The position numbers and the translations under genes are program-made. A stretch of 30,903 nt of DNA. Source: a virus. Lineage: Duplodnaviria; Caudoviricetes. Positions 25,595-30,903 of this stretch are shown piece by piece. Location: positions 1 through 30,903 of IMG/VR virus record IMGVR_UViG_3300020319_000010; one strand, given 5' to 3'. Within the stretch, counting starts at the first letter, position 1, and each line of letters begins with the position of its first letter. Below the pieces are notes generated by a model. It made no database searches. It saw nothing but the letters and a program-made list of their open reading frames with translations, and was not told the DNA's origin.

Positions 25595-27006
25595 AAAAAG
25601 TATACTTTCCTCAACATGGTGGTGTTGCCACCGAACAGAATCTGGTACAAGACTTGGTTGATGAACAAATCAAGTTGTTTGGATCTGATGTGTTTTATAT
25701 TCCTAGAGTACATCTGAAAGATCAGACTCTTGGGGAAGTAATACAATCTGAATTTAATCAGAGTTATATGATAGAGATGTTCCTAGTCAATGTAGAAGGA
25801 TTTGGAGCTGGTGCAGAGTTTGTAAGTAAGTTTGGTTTAAGAATAACAGACGAAATAACCTTTGTTGTATCAAGAAGAAGGTGGGAACAGTCTGCTAATC
25901 CAGCATTAAATCTTGCGGTAGATGGTAGACCTAACGAAGGAGATTTAATATACTTTCCTATGACAGAGGATCTCTATGAAGTTAAGTATGTAGAGCGAGA
26001 GAATCCTTTCTTCCAGTTAGGTAAACAGTATTTTTATCAACTCACTGCTGAAATATATGAGCAAGGTGCTGATAAATTTGACACAGGTATTGATGATATT
26101 GATGATGTAGAAAGAGATTTCAGTAATATTACTACATTAAATCTGTCTCCTACTACCAGACAAACAGCAACTGGAACTCTTTTAGTAGATTCTAGTGGTG
26201 CTATATCACAAGCAACAGTAACACTTGCAGGTACTGGATATAATTCTACACCTAATGTTACTGTCGGTAATGCTGGAAATGGTAATGGAGCTGTGATAAC
26301 AACTTCAATAATGGATGGAGGTGTGGTTACTCTAACTGTTGTTAGTGGTGGTAGTGGATATGACTCAACTAATACAAATCCACCAACAATTACTATTGAT
26401 GCACCGCCAGAAGCATCTCACTTTATCAGTGATGAACATGTTGTTATTGGTGGATTTACTGCACAGGGTGCTGGAAGAACATGGACTTCATCTAATAAAG
26501 TAATTACAGTAACTGCTCTTGGTAGTTTTGATCCTGTATTTGCTACAACTACACAGAAAAAATATTTTTATTGGAAGTTTGAAGATAAAAGAATTAACTA
26601 TGTTTATGAATTTAATGGAACTACTGCTACTACAGCACCTGGTTACTTCTATTATGATTCTACTAATGTAAAGTATATTATTAATGCATGGGAAGAAACT
26701 ACTACTAGTGGTGGACAAGCAATTTTATATGATCTAATGAGTGCTACTATTGCTGAAGTTGCTGATTGGAATGGCGTAACATATACTCTAGAAGTTATGA
26801 ACCGCACAGGTAACTTTATAGATGGAGACATGATTAGAGGGGTTGAATCTAACGCCATATATACATTAGGGACATTCTCTACAATTGATAACCAAAGCAC
26901 TGAATACGATCAAAACCAAGCAATTGAAACAGGTGCTGATGACATTGTTGATTGGGGTGAGGTAAATCCCTTTGGTGAATTTGGTAATTATACAGGTAGC
27001 TTCTGA
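25591..27006 (+). CDS. gp14: Neck protein (T4 gp14 homologue) with a large inserted domain
   Basis: EQNLVQDLVDEQIKLFG.DV.YIPR, SKFGL...DE..F, RPNEGDLIYFP, FFQLGK, terminal E.NPFG. Confidence 0.93.
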   Translation: MKKVYFPQHGGVATEQNLVQDLVDEQIKLFGSDVFYIPRVHLKDQTLGEVIQSEFNQSYMIEMFLVNVEGFGAGAEFVSKFGLRITDEITFVVSRRRWEQSANPALNLAVDGRPNEGDLIYFPMTEDLYEVKYVERENPFFQLGKQYFYQLTAEIYEQGADKFDTGIDDIDDVERDFSNITTLNLSPTTRQTATGTLLVDSSGAISQATVTLAGTGYNSTPNVTVGNAGNGNGAVITTSIMDGGVVTLTVVSGGSGYDSTNTNPPTITIDAPPEASHFISDEHVVIGGFTAQGAGRTWTSSNKVITVTALGSFDPVFATTTQKKYFYWKFEDKRINYVYEFNGTTATTAPGYFYYDSTNVKYIINAWEETTTSGGQAILYDLMSATIAEVADWNGVTYTLEVMNRTGNFIDGDMIRGVESNAIYTLGTFSTIDNQSTEYDQNQAIETGADDIVDWGEVNPFGEFGNYTGSF

Positions 27007-27818
27007 TGTTAGGAACACAATTTTATAATCAAGCAGTTAGAAAAACTGTTATTTCATTTGGTACTCTTTTCAATAATATTGAATTGAAAAAAACTGTTAA
27101 TGGTCAAGTGCTTGAGACAGAGAAAGTTCCTCTTGCTTACGGTCCTAAACAAAAGTTTTTATATAGACTTCAAGGTAATGCTAATGATGGTAGAAAAGTA
27201 GCAATTACTTTACCAAGAATTTATTTTGAAATGACTGGTATTGACTATGATGCTGCAAGAAAGACACCTCCTACACAAAAATACAAAGCAATAATTCCTG
27301 ATGGTGGTGCATCAGCAAATGCAGAACAAGTAAGAACTCAGTATGTACCTGTACCTTATAACATTTCATTTGAGGTTGGTATACTTTGTAAGTCTCAAGA
27401 TGATGGATTGCAGATATTAGAACAGATACTTCCTTTCTTTCAACCTTCATTCAGTATGAGTTTAAAATTTATTCCTGATATGGATGAAGTTAGAGATGTT
27501 GCTGTTGTATTAAACAGTGTTGACTTTGATGATGATTGGGAAGATGACTTTAGTACAAGACGTAGTATAACTTATTCAATGCAATTTACTGCTAAATCTT
27601 ACATCTACGGTCCTTACAGCAAGGCAGATGTTATTCGTAAGTCTCGTATCATTGAAACTATTGGTGATACTGCTGTGAATAAAAGACACGTTGAGTTGTC
27701 ATATACACCCAAAGCAAAAACTGATATTAATCAGGACGGTCAAATTACAGCAGCAGATGATGCACTTGTAACTGCCGATGATGACTTTGGATTTAATGAA
27801 GGGATGGATTTCTTATGA
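27006..27818 (+). CDS. gp15: Tail sheath stabiliser/terminator (T4 gp15 homologue)
   Basis: FY....RK....FGTLFN.I, VPLAYGPKQKFL, LPRI.FE, PVPYN..F, QILEQILPFFQP. Confidence 0.95.
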   Translation: MLGTQFYNQAVRKTVISFGTLFNNIELKKTVNGQVLETEKVPLAYGPKQKFLYRLQGNANDGRKVAITLPRIYFEMTGIDYDAARKTPPTQKYKAIIPDGGASANAEQVRTQYVPVPYNISFEVGILCKSQDDGLQILEQILPFFQPSFSMSLKFIPDMDEVRDVAVVLNSVDFDDDWEDDFSTRRSITYSMQFTAKSYIYGPYSKADVIRKSRIIETIGDTAVNKRHVELSYTPKAKTDINQDGQITAADDALVTADDDFGFNEGMDFL

Positions 27819-28219
27819 AGAGTTTAGAAGAAAACATGGAAGACATGTTGGACATTGAAACATCAGAAACTGATGTTAAAGAAAAGAAATTATCTAATGA
27901 TGTTACAGAAGATAAGGAAAAAGACTATGAGTATACAAGAGCAGAACTCTATAGACTTATAGATCAGGGTCAGGAAGCGGTTCAGGGAGCGTTAGAGGTT
28001 GCACAGGAGTCAGGGCATCCTAGAGCATATGAAGTTGCTACAAACGCTATGAAACAGGTAGCAGACATGACTGATAAATTAATGGATCTTCAGAAAAAAG
28101 TTAAGGATCTAGATGAAGAGAAAAAAGGTCCGAGTAAAGTTACAAACAATGCTATGTTTGTAGGTTCTACAGCAGAACTACAGAAGATGTTAAAACAGAT
28201 GAATGGAGGTAAACGCTAA
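27815..28219 (+). CDS. gp16: Terminase small subunit (T4 gp16 homologue)
   Basis: DYEY.R..LY.LI..GQEA...ALEVAQES.HPRAYEV, VTNNAMFVGSTAELQKMLK. Confidence 0.95.
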   Translation: MKSLEENMEDMLDIETSETDVKEKKLSNDVTEDKEKDYEYTRAELYRLIDQGQEAVQGALEVAQESGHPRAYEVATNAMKQVADMTDKLMDLQKKVKDLDEEKKGPSKVTNNAMFVGSTAELQKMLKQMNGGKR

Positions 28220-28476
28220 TGGCATATACAAGATATAACGAAAGTAATGTTGCGGAGAATCCACAACCAGGTAGCAGCACTGTGAATCATTTCTCAGGTA
28301 ATGAGGGATGGGCTACTAAAACATTTAAAAACTGGAATGCAGATTTCCAAGCACGTAATAAAGATAACGGAACTAGAACTCCTGGTACATTTCAAGCACG
28401 TGATAAAGATAATGCTACTAGAACACCAGCAGCATATCAAAGAAGGGATAAAGATAACAGCACGGTATCTGCATAA
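28219..28476 (+). CDS. Hypothetical protein with 15-aa tandem repeats (85 aa)
   Basis: TAATG coupling to gp16; FQARNKDNGTRTPGT / FQARDKDNATRTPAA / YQRRDKDNST. Confidence 0.75.
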   Translation: MAYTRYNESNVAENPQPGSSTVNHFSGNEGWATKTFKNWNADFQARNKDNGTRTPGTFQARDKDNATRTPAAYQRRDKDNSTVSA

Positions 28477-28733
28477 TGATAAGTGATGATGGCGAAGAGA
28501 AAGAGCCGTATCCTAAGAATGAGGGAGATTGGTTTTGCCAGTATTCAATGAGAATTGAAGAAGTCCGTATGCTTTATAATATTGTGTGTAGTCATATAGA
28601 AATGTTTCCTGGTCCTCCTATTAGACCAATTGAAGAATTAGAATATCTGAAATACCTTAGAAACAGGTTGTTTGCAATGATGTCTGATTATAATTTTACT
28701 GAAATGGAATCTCATGAAGTTGACGAACCCTGA
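28476..28733 (+). CDS. Hypothetical protein (85 aa)
   Basis: TAATG coupling; FPG.P.RP.EE.EYL..LR..LF motif of the kind seen in small cyanophage proteins. Confidence 0.7.
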   Translation: MISDDGEEKEPYPKNEGDWFCQYSMRIEEVRMLYNIVCSHIEMFPGPPIRPIEELEYLKYLRNRLFAMMSDYNFTEMESHEVDEP

Positions 28734-28748
28734 CATTTCTGCTATAGT
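28720..28748 (+). promoter_or_regulatory. Sigma70-type (early) promoter 1
   Basis: TTGACG-N17-TATAGT. Confidence 0.65.
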
Positions 28749-28750
28749 AT

Positions 28751-28779
28751 TTGCATGACTAATACATCTTCGTTATAAT
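28751..28779 (+). promoter_or_regulatory. Sigma70-type (early) promoter 2
   Basis: TTGCAT-N17-TATAAT, 23 nt before the ATG at 28803. Confidence 0.6.
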
Positions 28780-28802
28780 TATACTGTAACACAATAAACA
28801 TT

Positions 28803-28958
28803 ATGAGATTAAATCAAGGAGATGTATATCGGCTCATAACTGCTTGCAATTTGTATAAAGAAAATACAAGTTCTGAGTATATGTGGGATGAATATAATCA
28901 TCTTATTAAAAAGTTAGAGCAACTATGTGAACAAGGCAATTGCAACATTACAAAATGA
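28803..28958 (+). CDS. Small hypothetical protein (51 aa), not in the ORF track
   Basis: MRLNQGDVYRLITACNLYKENTSSEYMWDEYNHLIKKLEQLCEQGNCNITK; directly behind the promoters, ATGA-coupled to the next gene. Confidence 0.75.
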   Translation: MRLNQGDVYRLITACNLYKENTSSEYMWDEYNHLIKKLEQLCEQGNCNITK

Positions 28959-29131
28959 GACTAGAAGAAAAACTTAGCTTAAGACAAAAGGTATTAGCAA
29001 TCTTACTTAAAGAATTTGGTAATGATTCAGACAATAGTGGAATCTATTCTTGTGCTGACAGTTGGTGTGAAACTCAAGTAACATCTAATGGTATTGTGGC
29101 ATATTACAAAGCATATTACAGGGGAGGATAA
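28955..29131 (+). CDS. Small hypothetical protein (58 aa)
   Basis: Start most likely the ATG at 28955 (ATGA overlap): MRLEEKLSLRQKVL..IYSCADSW. Confidence 0.7.
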   Translation: MRLEEKLSLRQKVLAILLKEFGNDSDNSGIYSCADSWCETQVTSNGIVAYYKAYYRGG

Positions 29132-29134
29132 TGT

Positions 29135-29518
29135 ATGGTAGACATGTTAATAAAAGAGTTCCCCCTTACAGAAATAGGAGGTAGCATGACTGAAGAAAGA
29201 ATAAAAAAGTATGCCTATACTAAAGAAGAAGTAGATAGGATGATTGCTCATGCAGTTCAAGTAGCAGTTGCTGAAGCGAAAAGAATTGATGAAGAGTCAA
29301 TGCGTAAGCACAATAGAGACGCAACAGTTATCTCTATGATCTTAGGATTTACTGCTCTTGCATTGTTTGTAGATGGTTTACTTCGTTTACTTGGTATCAT
29401 TCCACCATTCATGCAGATTGACATAGATGTTCTTGATAAGATTGTTGAAAGAGTAGAGAGTGATGTTATAGATAAAGTAAGGCAAGTTCCTATACAAAAA
29501 ATATTTCAAAGAAGTTAG
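29135..29518 (+). CDS. Membrane-associated hypothetical protein (127 aa)
   Basis: Helical N-terminus, then hydrophobic VISMILGFTALALFVDGLLRLLGIIPPF; alternative start at 29186 behind GGAGGT. Confidence 0.75.
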   Translation: MVDMLIKEFPLTEIGGSMTEERIKKYAYTKEEVDRMIAHAVQVAVAEAKRIDEESMRKHNRDATVISMILGFTALALFVDGLLRLLGIIPPFMQIDIDVLDKIVERVESDVIDKVRQVPIQKIFQRS

Positions 29519-29522
29519 GTGA

Positions 29523-29819
29523 ATGGTATTAATTTTTGTAGTGTGTTGGGTTATAACTTTAGTGTATGCAGTTCGTTTGATGTATAGTTTATATTCCACA
29601 ACAGACTACGGAGTAATTGAAGGGAAAAAAACAATCACTAGAATACCTCATCCAGAGATGATAGAGGTTAAACCTGGTGATGAATTGATGGTAGTTAAAT
29701 TTGGTGATCAAGAACCTATAGATCCATTGAATGAAGAGTTAAAAAATAGAATTGATGAATTGGAAGATGATGATGAAGACGATGATGATGATGGAGATAT
29801 TCTCATATCAAGACGATAA
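29523..29819 (+). CDS. DUF2973-like single-pass membrane protein (98 aa)
   Basis: N-terminal TM helix, HPEM..V..GDELMVVKF motif and an acidic tail. Confidence 0.65.
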   Translation: MVLIFVVCWVITLVYAVRLMYSLYSTTDYGVIEGKKTITRIPHPEMIEVKPGDELMVVKFGDQEPIDPLNEELKNRIDELEDDDEDDDDDGDILISRR

Positions 29820-29873
29820 TTCATATTAGAAAATAATTAAGTTATAATTATTAGTGGTATATCATGAACTATC

Positions 29874-30035
29874 ATGTCTCACTACACCGTAGGTTATCAT
29901 GACCTACAAAATCATCATCATGAAATCTGTGAGTATGCAGACGATGCATACAACGCAATCAGACAAGCAAGAGAAGATCTCCCAGAATTGAGAGAGCATA
30001 CTAATGCTGCTGAGTACTGTATAAAAGAAGACTAG
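29874..30035 (+). CDS. Small His/Cys-containing hypothetical protein (53 aa), not in the ORF track
   Basis: MSHYTVGYHDLQNHHHEICEYADDAYNAIRQAREDLPELREHTNAAEYCIKED; fills the gap and has a TATAAT upstream. Confidence 0.7.
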   Translation: MSHYTVGYHDLQNHHHEICEYADDAYNAIRQAREDLPELREHTNAAEYCIKED

Positions 30036-30078
30036 TAAGTACTTTTACCTATATAATAAGTATATTTAAATAAAAACA

Positions 30079-30183
30079 ATGAAAGATTTACCAATCAAAT
30101 CATCCTGTATATTATTTGGATTAATTATTGGAACAGGTTGGTTCTTAATACCATTAGCATGGTCAAATCCTATCTTAGTATAA
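30079..30183 (+). CDS. Very small hydrophobic protein (34 aa), not in the ORF track
   Basis: MKDLPIKSSCILFGLIIGTGWFLIPLAWSNPILV; one TM-like helix, A-rich leader. Confidence 0.5.
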   Translation: MKDLPIKSSCILFGLIIGTGWFLIPLAWSNPILV

Positions 30184-30234
30184 ACATAATACATTTGTTC
30201 GCTTATAGATAATACTAATAAGATATATTAGTTT

Positions 30235-30534
30235 ATGTTATCAACACAATACCGTCTTAGATTGGAATCAATTTGTAAAGACATTGCATCGGGAACAGAG
30301 GTAAGTATAGATGATATGATTTGGGCACAGAAATTAGCAAAAGCAAACACCTCAGCAAGAGGTATACTAAACAAGGCTCGTCGGATGAGTACAAATCCAG
30401 ACGAGTCTTTTCTTAATTCTCTTGATATAGGCGACCCCGATCAAGGGAATCACAGAAGGGGTTTCTTTAAACCAGAGGATGTGGTAGACTGGTTTCATCA
30501 AGAAAGATCTGATGACTGGAGACAACGTGATTAA
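30235..30534 (+). CDS. Cyanophage-type hypothetical protein (99 aa)
   Basis: MLSTQYRLRLE.IC..IA.G..V...DMIWA.KLAKAN...WRQRD. Confidence 0.8.
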   Translation: MLSTQYRLRLESICKDIASGTEVSIDDMIWAQKLAKANTSARGILNKARRMSTNPDESFLNSLDIGDPDQGNHRRGFFKPEDVVDWFHQERSDDWRQRD

Positions 30535-30841
30535 AATAGAATTTGAAAAAACATTTGGAGAGGGTGTAGATCCTTGGCATGCAAAAGCAGAAAGATGGAT
30601 TAAGAAAAAATTTAGGAATCCATTTCTTCAGCATCTTGCGTTAGGATTTTTAGAGTGGTTAAGACAAAAGTGGATTGATATCAAAGTTGCAAACACAATG
30701 AGAGACATTGATGCACAAGCAGAAAATATTCAAAAAATTTGGGAAGAAGAAGATAAACCTAAAACAATCATAACTACCACACCATCAAAGGTGAAGGGGT
30801 TGGATGATATGGAGATAAAATATGACATGAGAGATGACTAA
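30512..30841 (+). CDS. Hypothetical protein (~105-109 aa)
   Basis: Intact ORF overlapping the upstream stop; the start could be the GTG at 30527. Confidence 0.7.
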   Translation: MTGDNVIKIEFEKTFGEGVDPWHAKAERWIKKKFRNPFLQHLALGFLEWLRQKWIDIKVANTMRDIDAQAENIQKIWEEEDKPKTIITTTPSKVKGLDDMEIKYDMRDD

Positions 30842-30903
30842 GATTTACGCAACGTGTATTATTGCAGCAGTAGCATGGTGTGCATCTGCACAAGCTTGTA
30901 GTC
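30834..30903 (+). CDS. Partial ORF with signal-peptide-like N-terminus (runs off window)
   Basis: MTKIYATCIIAAVAWCASAQACS...; 8-nt overlap with the upstream gene. Confidence 0.5.
   Translation, partial: MTKIYATCIIAAVAWCASAQACS

Noticed and set aside
92-28486. Short alternative-frame + strand ORFs (92..286, 2205..2411, 2598..2840, 2856..3161, 10152..10373, 17150..17404, 23391..23669, 28301..28486 and others)
   Set aside because: L/V/Q/M-rich off-frame shadows of real genes produced by codon bias.
254-29599. All minus-strand ORFs in the track (e.g. 4022..4471, 11806..12336, 19311..19700)
   Set aside because: They lie mostly or wholly antisense to well-supported + strand genes, show mirror-codon composition, and have no recognisable motifs.
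1-30903. tRNA genes, introns/inteins, homing endonucleases, invertase-type fibre switches, photosynthesis genes
   Set aside because: No cloverleaf, LAGLIDADG/HNH/GIY-YIG nuclease, recombinase, inverted cassette or psbA/hli-like sequence was recognised by eye.

Overview
AT-rich, entirely + strand, gene-dense segment of a T4-like marine myovirus, most like the cyanomyoviruses that infect Prochlorococcus/Synechococcus. The assignment rests on recognisable gp13-gp14-gp15-gp16 (24788-28219), repeated TATAAATA late promoters and cyanophage-type small genes. Positions 1-24.7 kb are a tail-fibre/virion-structural island built around two paralogous beta-helix-type fibre genes (731 aa and 1680 aa), each followed by its own accessory cassette. 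Cassette 1 has a 103-aa gene, three tandem paralogous ~180-aa proteins and a 2OG-Fe(II) oxygenase that appears to have left an insertion scar. Cassette 2 has a Kelch-like propeller, two unknown proteins, a U32-like Cys-rich enzyme fused to a SAM methyltransferase, a second 2OG-Fe(II) oxygenase and a membrane protein. Cassette 2 is the best candidate for an undescribed system, possibly a fibre-tip assembly/modification module. After gp16 is an island of small genes behind tandem sigma70-type promoters. No tRNA, rRNA, CRISPR, integrase or reverse transcriptase was seen. Family calls come from motif recognition by eye, not from database searches.
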